This document shows positions 1 to 12,436 of a DNA stretch of 64,000 nt, one piece after another. The notes below the pieces were generated by a model that searched no databases, was not told the DNA's origin, and worked only from the letters and a program-made list of their open reading frames with translations. Made by a program: the position numbers and the translations under genes. The stretch's first letter is position 1. The number at the start of each line of letters is the position of its first letter. Source of the stretch: Tubulanus polymorphus (taxonomy: Eukaryota; Animalia; Nemertea); contig NC_134026.1 in the NCBI RefSeq assembly GCF_964204645.1, forward strand, positions 5,107,950-5,171,949, written 5' to 3'.

Positions 1-145
1 GTATTTAAAATTTAAAGATGGTCTGTGACCTCACGTCACATCTTGTACAATGGGAGGTCTTAGGCATTTTGTCTTGAGAAGTCACATTACAGAATGACTC
101 CTAAAGGCCACCTTGAATTCACACCCAACTTTTTTCTGGACTCAC

Positions 146-939
146 CTTCTGAAGTGCGAGATCTTTCACCACGCCAATAACTGGATTCTCTTTTTGCATA
201 ACCTGAAAAACCTCAACTGATTAATACTTTTTGTTTGAATTCAGAACGAATGGTTATCAAGTTGAGAAATGTTATACCTCGTTAGACTGGACCGTCACGT
301 GACCACACCAAGATGCACCACTTTCTCTGCCAACAGTACAACGATAGTATCTCCTTAAAAGTAAAATGATATGTATCATATAGATAGCCATAAATCAACA
401 AATTCAGTAATTTTGATCGTTATTTTTCAGTTCATACCTCAATTCATTTTTTGAGTTTTGCGATGAGAAGCTCTGTAAATCTATACATTTTCCTGGGTGC
501 TGTGTACACAACATTACTGGTATTCTACAAAACAAAGTCAGCCTTAGATAAAAGAAACCCAAAACATCCTCCGCGGTAAAATATATCCTGCCTAAATACA
601 ACTTACTTTGCTTCTTTCACGAAGTCACATCGATCAGCCGTACTCGGTCCACAGATAAAGAAGCTTCTTCCTTTATTTGGCCCAGGTTTCGTTGATGTTT
701 TAATGTAGCATGCTTTTCCTGGACGACAAATACAGAAGCAGAATAGATAAATATCAAATGTCAACTAACTCAATGAGAACTTAACATTTCGTGGACAGAC
801 TAGAATTCCACAGAAATTGTCGTTATTTTGCTACTACGATTTAAAATTTAATGAAAAAAAAACAAACAAGATGTTCTATTGTTTTTTAGTTAGAAGAAGA
901 CCATCTTGACTTACCATGATTGCAATTAACAAGATCCAT
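146..939 (-). CDS. TTF2: Transcription termination factor 2 (SNF2 family), 5' exons; gene continues off the left edge
   Basis: Exons 939-915, 718-607, 524-438, 353-278, 202-146 with GT-AG ends splice in frame to MDLVNCNHGKACYIKTSTKPGPNKGRSFFICGPSTADRCDFVKEAKIPVMLCTQHPGKCIDLQSFSSQNSKNELRRYYRCTVGRESGASWCGHV. This is a GRF zinc finger plus the downstream Cys/His region, colinear with the human TTF2 N-terminus ([20 protein letters not shown]...RLFFRC...WCG). Helicase domain lies outside the window. Confidence 0.88.
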
Positions 940-2567
940 TGTCTAATAATTCAGGATGTTTTTGCACCCTGATTAGACTTCTTTCGTTTTAATATTTCCA
1001 AATTTCCCAGAGTAAATACTTAACGACAGCTGGCAAAGGCCGACAGGCGCTAGGCGGCGCTGTCTTGATCAGGTTCGAATCGTAAATAAATCGTAATCGT
1101 AATCGAATCCTCTGAAAATTCGAATCCTGACACGAGACTTGGAATCAATCGGCTTTTTGCCCGAGGTCCATAGCTTTTTATCCATTGACACTCGATTTAA
1201 CGAAAACTCTTGCATCCATTCTTTTTTTTAGATTTCTTTTATTTGATATCAACATCAAAAATAAATTACATGTAAATTGAATAAATTACACAATCCGCTT
1301 TTCTCTGTGAGAACTTATCTTAGGTGGCAAACAATCCATTTAAAACTAGTTTTCGTGACATTTTAATTTCTGTTTTTGGTGAACCATACAATATACAAAA
1401 TAAAACAAGGGAAAAAAACTCATAAAAATGAGGTAACTGGAGAGGTCATTTTCTCGCGGAATTTCAGCAGAAGATTTTGAATACTTTTATACCACGAGTG
1501 TATAGGATTAAAAAAGTTAATAAAATAAACCGAGGACAATGTCTATAAAGTACCAATTGAATAGTTGAAACAATGACAACTACTGCACAAAAAGAGCTTT
1601 TTCTAATCAAGCAACTGAAAATACAAAATTTGTGGAATGATATTTCTTACTAGCGAAAAGCATTTGTGAGTAAATCCGACGGAAATATTGGATACTATTG
1701 TGGAGGTAACAATAACGAATGATAATAATACTACAATCAAGCACCAAAATTATGACAACTAACAAAATCAAACGTGTATTATTTCATTACAACATCTTGT
1801 GTAAATCCAGTGCAACCCCATTTAATGACATTTGGTTTACAGGCAATGCAACACAGTCAAACCGTTTTTTATCCAGTCCACTGTCATTGTACAGTGTCAG
1901 AAACAATGATTTTGAGCAATTTTCTTATATAGAATGCATCACAATCATAAAAGTCATGTATAATCATATGAACATAATATAGTGGTATATGACACAAAAT
2001 AGAAAATGCTTTTTGATACAGCAGATTAACAAGGTTACACATTACTTCAAAAGCTTCCATGTTAAATAACTCCTGGATACCATGGGGCATGTACACTTTT
2101 AACGGTGTTACAGAAGTGTGCCATCATGAAATAATACTAATAAAAATATGAAATAGGAATGCAAGTATATTGTTTACACAAAAGTCCACCAATAAAAGAT
2201 GTGGTTAATTTCAGTGTTTAAAATGTCATTGAAATTTAAAAAAAAAAACAGTGCACATCTTAATGTGAAAATCGTAAGTGAATTTATGCCACTATTGAAT
2301 ATTTTTCTCGATGTCAAAATCTAATCAGGTCTCGAATATCGATACCTTTATGAGACTATCAATTGAAAGAAGTGACAGATGTAATTAGCTTCAGCCATGC
2401 CAAACTGGGCCACAAGATCGAGTTCGTCATTGAAAAAAAAATAATTCAACTCAGTATTTTGCTTATATAGGCAATCATTTTCAGTAAGCACAACAAAAAA
2501 GTTTTTAAGAAACATTCTTCTGCAGTCTGTCAATTCCATCAAGGTAGCCAAACCATAGCTAGGCGTA

Positions 2568-3873
2568 CTATTTGTAGAGAATGTGATGAATTTGTTTGGT
2601 TTGTCGATTAACGGAACCATCGGCGCGATCAACTGCTATATTTATTCTCTCAATTTGATCGTTTTGAGACTCTAATTCGTCATTAAATGCCATTCCCATG
2701 TTCTTCAACCGAGACAACGTCGAGCTCATTAGACCTGAAAAAAAAACACCACACAATTCATCAGTAAAATTTGTTTATTAGCCAACTCGTAATATAGCGC
2801 CCCCTAAAACCAGTTTCATGAAAAGGATTACTCTTAAATCAATAAAATTTATCCATTAATTCAGTAGATCTTAAATTGATGATTTAGGGTTTACTCCGTT
2901 CTAAGAAACAGGGCCCTGGGTAGTATATCAGGTGATGTGGGCTTGTATATTAGGGGATGTGGGTAGTACATCAAGGGATGCCAACATTGGAACAGAAACG
3001 TCTGATTTCCTAGATTCAAGATGAAAATGTCAAATCACCTAAATTTTCATCGAATTGTTCTTCATTCGATTTCGACTTGACCGAATCGGCTTGTCTAGCT
3101 CCGTACGGGGAATCAACAGTATCTTCTTCACGCAGCCGAATTGCCGGGTGAACGCCCGATTCCTTTTCATTGTAATCGTTTTCGACGACATCGTTTAGTC
3201 GGCTAGTTTTTTTTCGCACGGGTTCAGGTGGCGGCGAGTTAGTTTCCTTTTTAGAAAACCAGTTTTTTAATCCGCCGAAAACACTCTTGATTGAGTTTAT
3301 GTGTCTTTGAGTAGTTTTCATTGATTCATTTATTTCAGTTGCCTTTCCTTCGATATTATCCAACTGTTCGCCTTGTCGGACAAGTTCCTGAAATATTCAA
3401 ATAATCACAATTAAGTATACCTTCAAAAAGGGCAATGAGGAATTGATGGATAAATCCACAGGGGCCTGACACAAAAAGTTTTTGACTCCAGTATCCTAGG
3501 TACTACATATAAAAAGTCTTCTTATATATTGTACCTTAGGATACTACTGGGCCCTGGGGTAAAACAATTTTGTGTCAGGCCCCTCTGTGTGGACAAATCA
3601 CTGGCCTAATAATTAACTTGCTGGTCATCTTACCTCCGCCGTAGCTATTCCCATTTGCTCAGATTCGTATAAATGAACTAAAGACCGCTGTTGACTGGCA
3701 AGTTGACTTTCCTCAGAATCCTTGATTTTTTGAAGCAGCGCATCCCGTCGACTTTCAGCGGTATCTACGCCGCCACCGAACGCACCCATATTCGCGTCGT
3801 GTCTCTCCGTTCCCCAACTATCGTCGTCGTAGAATGGATTGCTCGATCTCTCGTGGTCGTCCCATTTCGACAT
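2568..3873 (-). CDS. SNAP29: Synaptosomal-associated protein 29 (Qbc-SNARE)
   Basis: Exons 3873-3634, 3387-3039, 2734-2568. N-terminal NPF motif (SSNPFYDDD), first SNARE helix (ESEQMGIATAEELVRQGEQLDNIE...HINSIKSVFGGLKNWF), second SNARE helix (LSRLKNMGMAFNDELESQNDQIERI). No palmitoylation Cys cluster, so SNAP29 rather than SNAP25. Confidence 0.95.
3461..3583. mobile_element. Small MITE in SNAP29 intron 1
   Basis: Perfect 16-bp terminal inverted repeat GGGGCCTGACACAAAA ... TTTTGTGTCAGGCCCC, with further imperfect internal symmetry. Confidence 0.65.
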
Positions 3874-3929
3874 TTTTTACAAATCACCAGATTTATTCTG
3901 AGAATTATTCGAATGAGTTTCGATTTTTT

Positions 3930-3980
3930 ATTTGACAGCGCCACATATACTTCCGGGTTAGCAGCGCCCTCTAGTAGTGG
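3930..3980 (-). promoter_or_regulatory. SNAP29 proximal promoter: ETS site and CTCF-like motif
   Basis: ACTTCCGG (ETS, CCGGAAGT on - strand) near 3948-3955 and GCGCCCTCTAGTAG (3964-3977, 13/14 to the CTCF consensus), about 60-105 nt upstream of the ATG. Confidence 0.5.
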
Positions 3981-5088
3981 TAGTAGCTATTTTCAACCCA
4001 AATTTACTATATTGAATTACTATCTAAATCATATCTATTTGTAGAGCGTAATTATCTGGATAAAGATATGCAATTAAGTAATAGAAACCCCCAGGAAATA
4101 TATTCTGGGATTTTTATTTGCAATCGTATGAATAGTCGGTTCAGAACTATATTATTTCCGAATGGGCCCAAAAGCATGCCGAAGCAAGGGGTACTGGTCA
4201 GTGGTCAGCCTACTATTGCCTAATCGGTCACCGATATTGTAGTGATATAAATATCCACAAATCAAGAGCAAAAGCTGTGAATTATTTCATGACAAAAATT
4301 ATATTTAATCATCTCGTTATCCATCATATACAGATAACATTCCAATAATCCTGAGAAATGTGGATTAATGTGGTTAAACAAATACATGAAAATGAAAATC
4401 ACTACCACCACCAACTAAAATCATATGACTCAATTACTGTGTAAAGCACTGATAAAGCATCAGCCAAGTTACCGGTATCAGACCGACCCTTGACATTACC
4501 CACAAAGAATGATATTAGTACAATCATATTTTTAGAACTTATGTCACACTCTTAGCCTCTTAGCTTCATGAGTTATCAATCCCATGTATAATTCAATTAA
4601 TCATACTACAATAAATTTCACAATTCTCTTCTCATGAATGAAGCTGATAAATTCAAGAACCTAATCCAGTGTATTCTGAAAACAAACTAGGGGGCCAGGG
4701 ACACCCGTGTTCTGTTGGTGAAATGCTTGAATGCTGATTATTTCAATTATTTCAGCGCCCTCTGGTGCAGACATACTTCCTTAAATGAATTTGTCACGTC
4801 TACAGCCAGACAATTTAGTGAACGAATAGCCCATTGGGGTACGACCCAAGTTGGTTAAAAAAAAATGTCACTATTTACAATTGCGGAATGAGTTCTAGAA
4901 CAATGAGCCTAGCACACATCCTTTACAAATGATGCCGAATGAAGTTCAATTTATGGGTGTCATCGGAATTACCTTAAGATGTAAACTTTTAGGCAACCGA
5001 ATAACTCAAAGTCATGTATCTAATATGAAATAGTCGAGTAATTGAGAGAAAACCATCAAGAGCTTAAATTAGCACCACACAGATGTGT

Positions 5089-7163
5089 TCATGAAAAATC
5101 AGTAAATGAACACAAGATTATTCCATTGTTATCGTAAAACTCAAACATATCGTCACTACGCAAAATACGCATTTCATGTTCCCTTTCTACGGACATTGCA
5201 AACGTATCTGGACCATCTCCGCAGCCAGCATCGCTTGATATGGCGGGATACCCTGGATGAACCATCAATTCACAAGTGACTTGATTTTTATCACAACTCG
5301 CAAAGTTTTTAGTGGCCATCGACACAATATCATTCAGTTTTTTCTGAAGTCGTCCAACTGTCATGCAACTACCCAATGTCATCAATCCAGTGAAGTATTC
5401 TGCATGCCTAAAAATCAATGAGGACAAAAATAAGTATTTTCTTAAACATTTTTCTGAAAAGTAAGCTCTTTTAAGCACTTTGAACCCTATGATAAATAAA
5501 AGACCCATAATCACAATTCGATCATTAGTAAAAATGTACCTAAGCTTGAACTGATTGAAGATTTTACGACTAGCAGCAGCATTTTCGATACAAGCTTCGT
5601 TGAAAGCTAAACAAGACGGCGATACGAACCAATCACAATCGTGCAATCCAATTTCATACGGTAATCTTGTGTAGTTGACTCCGTAACTAGTAACTGCTTC
5701 AGCGAAAACCTGATTGACACCTGAAAATACAAACCAGTAAATAATACAGCTTCATTCTAGTATGACTACAGAAGCCCATATACCTGGTTCAGTACTCGGA
5801 ATTCGTCAGATCTGTCCAAAAATTAAAATATTTTCTAACTCAACACATCATGGATCATCAGCAGGATCTGAACCTGAAGGCACCAAGATGAACGGTACAG
5901 TCAAGTTGATTTGTTCATAAAATCAACACTTTTGGAGTAATAGAATATATCAATGATATCCATCTTTTTGGTACCAGCACTTTTTCAAGAAAGATATTTT
6001 AGTAAACCTTGCCTTACTTTGTCACGACCAACTCAGTCTTTTGACCACCTTGAACAACGAAGTCATTTTTCTGTATCTTCCGATCCTTAATTCCAACTTC
6101 GCTTACCTCGGACCAATTTTTTTGGTCCCAGTTTGTCCGTGTTTGGCAAGGTTTAATACATAGTAAGTGAAGTTATATATGATTACACTTAAAATTTCAA
6201 TGTACAATTTGCATACCTGGTAGAATATGTACATGTTGATGGCCGTCCACATGGACTGGACATACTCCAGTCAGTTTGATAAATAATTCGATTTGAGCAA
6301 CCATTTCACGTTTCAAATCTGGCATATTTATCGATCCCGACTCTAGTAGTGTTATGAATGACATTTTATCATGAAAGCTTCCCGTGTCATCAGTAAGGCT
6401 AGTTTGAAGGGTCGCTGGACAAATCGGCTTTCCTTCTGTTACATTCATATGCAATCCTGTTAATAAAATCATATCGAGTGAATAAATATTGGGGGTGGGT
6501 GGATCTACTGTTGTTCATTGTAGAAAATCTAAATTTAGCAGTGCTTTCACGGAGGAAAAACAGTTTAAGACAATGATATCATTTTGGCATTTGAGATTTT
6601 GGGGGAGCAAGCCTCAGTGGGAATCAAAAGCGTATCATGAAAATTTTGTTGAGACTAAAATTATTGGGGAGAGGCATATATGCCCCACCCTTGCCCGGCT
6701 GATGCCGCCCCTGGTAGTTTACCTAATTCAATAATACATGTATTTATTTTTCCATAAGGATTATCAAAATATCGATATAATGCGTCCACAATAACTAGTG
6801 GGTTTGAGCACTCTTTTTCAATTGAAAGGCAGGAGGAATACAATCGAAAGAGAAATGTTGTTGCCCCAAGATTCTACCTCAAGTTCCATATGAATGCTGG
6901 ACTGAGGAAACCGGAAATTCAAAGACATTGCACCTTACATTAGAACACACTTAAACATGTCCAGAACAATACATACCAAGTGGCAAATTGTATTTCTTAG
7001 CTTGAGCAACTGCAGATTCAGCAGCTTGACCGTTGACAAGTAATGATGCACTCGTAATCGACTTCTTATGCAGAAAACAATCAATGATCCCACGATTTCG
7101 TTCATCACAATATCCAAAATCATCTGCGTTTATCACAAATTTCATGAATTCCTTCGAAGCCAT
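5089..7163 (-). CDS. YDJC: YdjC-family carbohydrate deacetylase
   Basis: Exons 7163-6977, 6456-6217, 5720-5540, 5407-5089. Motifs INADDFG, GLHMNVTEG, HVDGHQHVH, ELMVHPGY and EREHE are the YdjC/ChbG catalytic signature. Confidence 0.93.
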
Positions 7164-7867
7164 TCTGGAAATTTACAAAGAATCACATGACTCGATTTTC
7201 AATCAGTAAGTGGGTCATAAAAAATTATCATGATCAAATTGACTACCAAATTTTTTGAAGTAGTTAGATACATAATCTATCCTCCCTAAACATGACTATA
7301 AAAATATAGTATAGTACGTTGAAGTCTAGCTCGAGGAAACATTTTCGTCCTTCACACTATTTTTTTTATTATAGTGGAATTCTCTATAAATCATTGTTAC
7401 AACAGATGTTGTTTTATCAATGGTTATAAGTTACAAACATTTATCTGGACTTCGTGATCCCATTTTCTAGTTATCTAGTACTTTAACAGTTGGTCCCAAC
7501 GAGGCCCTTAAACTGAAATACCAGCAAAAGTGGTATTCAAAACGATAAACATATATGTAAAATCTGGACTTCTTAAAATCCTGACGAGTAGTAGCCTAAA
7601 TATTGATCCCAATTAACGCAGGTGTTACCAATTCTTCCAGGGTTTGATCATTCAGACTTCAAGTGTGTTGTTCACAGGACATGACCAAAGACATTAGATT
7701 CTGAACAAATGAACTCATTCAAACTTCACGCCGACATAGCCTTAGATGAGGGTCTGAGGAAAGTTGTTCAAGGCTGAAGATTGCAGGTTATTATCATAAC
7801 TGAAAAACAAAAACTATTGCGAAAGAAACTTCCACGCTAAATAGACACTTCACCTGCTTACCTTTTC

Positions 7868-8146
7868 TTATGGATTATTGTTTTTCTGAAATGCATACGT
7901 GTGATCGAAGATGCACTTTTTTGTTTTTCCGGCAATGTTCAAAGTACGATAGATCTTCTTGATTACGCGAATGTAACTATGATCTTGAAGTAACGCACGG
8001 ATGTGGACGATATCGGACATGTTATCCGTCTGGTCGGCTAATACACTGTACGAATGTTCCACTTCGCAGATACTGCTGCGATCGACTTCAGCGCTGACCG
8101 GCACCGTCGAAAAATAGTTATGTTCCTTGAGGCAGTCAGTGCTCAT
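7868..8146 (-). CDS. Uncharacterised 92-aa microprotein with four [D/E]HxY HCF-1-binding motifs
   Basis: ATG with A at -3 and an in-frame TGA just upstream. Lies in a splice-bounded exon (acceptor ttctag at 8160, donor AAG|gtaagc at 7861). Motifs EHNY, EHSY, DHSY, DHTY. Confidence 0.6.
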   Translation of the reverse strand: MSTDCLKEHNYFSTVPVSAEVDRSSICEVEHSYSVLADQTDNMSDIVHIRALLQDHSYIRVIKKIYRTLNIAGKTKKCIFDHTYAFQKNNNP

Positions 8147-8869
8147 TCTTCAATCATTTCTAGAACTATAATAACTAGTTAAGCAATCTTGTTTGTCTTC
8201 TCTTCCTTGTCCGACTGACCCTGCTGAAATGAATAAAGGTTGAAAATAAAGGTTGCCCAAATTGAGAGAACCAAGTTAGATGGAATCATCTGTCTAAAAA
8301 TAGTGCCTTTTAGATTGATCAAAACAACAAAATAGCCTACATTAACTCCTCTGTGAGCTATAAACATCAAAATATTTTGTTGTTTTGATCAACTGTAAAC
8401 CACACACAGCTAGTTAGCTTAGGCTAAATCAATTAAATAATCAACGTTACTTGACAACGATGAACGAGTCTCACCTGGCCTCACAGCCTAGGGCCTGAGC
8501 TTATAAATATATTTTTCTTAAAATCCTACGGGTATTTAAGAGTCTACATAAGCGTGTGTTAATCGCTCAGAAATTTACTTGACACATAGGCTTATGCAGC
8601 ACACTGCGCAGATAAGGTCGCATCGTGTCAATCAATCCAAGTCTTGCAAACGCACTTCGCCATCTGCTGGTAAATGAAATGGTGTTCGACTGAGAATTTG
8701 TATTGGCACTTAGTTTCTATTTTTGTTGTTGATGATATTCTATAATTTTGGCGATACTTGCATCATTTATCATGCGATAATTTAGAAAAAGGTCGTAAAA
8801 GTTTTTTTAATTTACTCAAAATGAATTGATTTTGTTCAGTGAACCGTATCGTACGGTGCTGCCACCCGG

Positions 8870-9000
8870 AAATAACGAGCGATTGCAGAACTGAAACGAT
8901 AAAGCGCTGGCTTCATAAACACTGAAACACTCTGACCCGCAGCATAGAACTCGGTACAGTACAGCTGTCTGTTTTGACGTACGTGTGTCTTATTTCGCAG
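8870..9000 (+). other. Probable non-coding first exon of rabphilin, divergent from the YdjC/microprotein unit
   Basis: Consensus donor CAG|gtaaga at 9000/9001; ETS CCGGAAA near 8866 and a CTCF-like motif at 8657-8670 upstream; no ATG in the exon. Start coordinate approximate. Confidence 0.5.
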
Positions 9001-12000
9001 GTAAGATACATTTTTTCAAGTGATGTGGTGCAGTCAGTCTTGCAGTATGTATACGTAGTGACATAGTCATAGTGACAAGTGTGTAGGCCTAGTGTTTGTT
9101 CAATGTTCATGTTGTTTGAAGTTTTACTTTTCACTCAAAGTCTCAGTCTCGACTAAAGTGGTGGTGTAAATTCATTCACTCCAAACAAATCAGGTGTTTG
9201 TTGAATAACTGACTATGACTCTGAGTCTGTCTTAAACAGATATTTCCTTCTAGTCTTCAAAACTTTGTAGGCCTAAATGCTTAGTAGTTTCGATCATGGT
9301 TTTAAATTGTGAATCTATAACTTTGAGTTTGGCAGATAAGTTTTTCAAAATTATTTCTTGTGTTAATCAGATTTTTAGCCTAATGCTTTTATACTTTTCT
9401 ATACTACCAGAACTTTCTGTGTTATGTCGTATTTTGTTAGAAAATTACGCTTAATTAGACTTAAATCATATAGGCTTAACACCATAATCTGTTTCACCAT
9501 GACAGGAGGACCCGTGGCGCTGCCTCACTATTATAGCATACAATAGGCCTATAAGGTATTCTATAGCCACCGCTCCACATTTAATGGAGATGTGCTCAAC
9601 ACAGTTTATGTTTTGACTTATCAAAAAGAGGCAGATAAAGTAAAAATGTTTCAATAGTTTTCGTAGGAATTTGATGATTTTAGATGTTATTGTTCAAGAA
9701 TTAGCCTAGATATTCCTACCGTCTTCCCATTACTATATTGAAATTTTAGATAGTAATTTATATAGTAAATTAAAACGGGCTTAAGTTAAGGATTTAATAG
9801 ATATAAAGGAATTATCTGAGGAATATGAATTTTCCATAATGCTAAGAACTAATGTAACTTAGGCCTATTTCAGTTCTAGAGTAGGCCTATAATTCCACCC
9901 AAGACTTGAGAGCACGCTGATAGACTGAATTTAGTGAACACTACTTATTCTATGATGCCAGTGTAGGCTTTGTGTCAGTCAAGGTTTTACGGTAAAAGAA
10001 CAATCAAACAATGTGTATGACAGCAGTTATTCGTGTATTTTTTCCGACAATCTGAATGAAACGGCTGAGTATTTTCGGTCGTCGCTGTCCTGGCATCTTA
10101 TCAGGCACTTATCGTTGATCACAATGATCACTTGTGCTTATCTTGTAATATCCAGTCATAAAGTGAATAACTCTCCATATGTTGCTATAGCAACCGAGGA
10201 AATTATGACGATTAAATTCCGTTCAGTTGTTGATAACGACCATTAATCTTGTCCCCTTACGATATATCGGATTCGATATTTCATCTCACCAATGATCCGG
10301 CCACCTGACGATAAATATGGGGCAGGTGATATTTTGCCTACGCGACCTTATACCTGTCAACGGTATTTTTCTCGTTCTGATTGGCTAATTTACACTGCGC
10401 GTGCGTACGCGACTTAGAAAATGCGAGTCAAGTGTGACGATTAGAGAAAATGAAAGCGGATGAAGCTGTAGGTGAACTCGGGCCAGAATATTGCTGGCAT
10501 AACATCTTTCCACTAGACCACTGAATGTTTTAACTACATAAAGTACACAACCTTACCCTAACCCTATCTACGGGTGTAAAACGGACCCTAGACCTAAACC
10601 TACCCCTCTAGGCCCTAACCGTATGGAAACTCTAACCCTTTTCATAGTAAAATGATTTTATTGTTATTATTATATCTTATCGTGTATAGATGTCAGGAAA
10701 ATTGCGTTTACTAAAATAATGCCCCATCGGCAAAATATCCATTATCTAATAGGCCTATCACATTTGAGCTATTCGATCGCGTCTGTTGATCGCAGATGCC
10801 TGTCGAAAGTTTTGGCGATAACCATTTTCGTCGATCAGAAAGGATGTACAAAATTCGGGATGTAGTTCAGTTCATATTTAGTATCCATAGCAACGATATC
10901 GAGTCGCGATGATAATCCAGGTGAACTTATGAGAACAATGAGCGTGACCTCGTAAGACACAACGACACCGACGATGAAACGCTGATGAGAACTGGTCTGA
11001 CGTGCGCTCGCTAATGGCTTTCACAATTCATTATTAATTCTGGTTGCTGATTCAGTTAACAACTCAGTTGATAAACACTAAGGTTTGGATTAATGAATTT
11101 TATTAGCAGTGAAATTGCCTTCCTTTATGCGAGTCTTTGCTGTGGGCTTTAAGGCCTATACAAGCATCATACTTTTGTCATTCCCCCTACCACCGAGTAT
11201 TGCATGTTTCAGTGAACATTAGTTGATGCAGTTTGGGCGTGCAAAGTTTTTAGTAGGTTAGGTATTTGAAATATTGAAAATGAGTTACAAACTCAGAAAT
11301 TTTTCAATCAATAAAGAGCAATATCTTAATTCACTGTTTTTCATTTGCTATCGAAATGTGGGATCAGAATTGCTGGAGCCATTTTAACTCCCCAGTCAGT
11401 CTCACTTGCGCTGGAGTTTAGATAACACCTCGAATATATTAAATCACCAATATGGCCTGATATACTACGTTAACACTTATCACTGGACCCAGCTGCTACA
11501 TTTCTCAATTTGATACGATGCTGGATCGTGCTTATTTGACTCTATGAACGCAGATCCAAGGCTCTAATTTCGATTCGGTTAAACATTTTCTCTTAGTAAG
11601 TTGATCATACACAGAGCTGGGTTTTTGGAAAAAATGTGGTTTCGAACTATTTGGTATGGTAATCATATGGAGATTTTGCTCAATTTGAATGCGATTTATT
11701 TGTTTTTGAACCGGTACTTCAAATTTCATACTGGCACACGTTGCCGTAATTGTTTTGTCGGTGTTTATATCGTTTTAGAAATGGAAAAAGTGTGAATTCT
11801 ATAGAATGTGAATCATGTGAAAATATCTGTTTACAAGGAGTGCACTCAGTACCAGCATATCCTCTCTTATCAGAATTAGTTTTTAGATAGCATTATTGGT
11901 AGAAATATAAGGGAACATTCACAGGGATCATTGTTTGTTTTATTTTTTTCGATCTATTCTGTCACGTTAATCAGCCGGAAATTAAGTTGCGCGCTGGTTC

Positions 12001-12150
12001 CTACAATTGAGACTATATATCCTGTATTCAGTTATCAGTTAGTGTAGTGATGTTGTGATCATAATTTGTGTGATATCAAATACTAGATTGGCTGCTTGTA
12101 GGCCGTATTGGATTTTGGAAAGTGTGCCATAACTTAAAATTCATTGTATA

Positions 12151-12436
12151 GAGGGCGGACCCAGACAGGAGCACAAGAAGCACATGCTCCTGTTGCAATT
12201 TCCCTTGCCCTTTTGAAAAAACAATTGCAGGGCTGTAATAAGACAGCAGTCCACAGCACAAAATTATCTCATATTCTCCTAAATGTCTGTCAAGTGCCTG
12301 GAAATTGTATGAAAATGCACTGAAATTTCACCATTTTCCAGCCCTTGTTTTGGCTGCTTGGATACTTAACTTACCCTATTTCAGTATATATGCCCTTTTA
12401 TTTCTTGTTTCAAAATCTGCCCTGGATCCACCCCTG
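12151..12436. mobile_element. Degenerate MITE of the CAGGGGCGGATCCAG family
   Basis: GAGGGCGGACCCAG ... CTGGATCCACCCCTG ends, same family as 23754-24045. Confidence 0.5.

Noticed and set aside
3691-4044. 117-aa + strand ORF
   Set aside because: Antisense shadow of SNAP29 exon 1 with a TTG start.
5089-7163. YdjC as a horizontally acquired bacterial chbG
   Set aside because: It has three spliceosomal introns and YDJC is a normal animal gene.
8913-9134. 73-aa Cys/Thr-rich - strand ORF
   Set aside because: Non-ATG start, no motif, overlaps a + strand exon and donor.
10550-10640. CCCTAA-like telomeric repeat
   Set aside because: Only scattered degenerate units, not an array.
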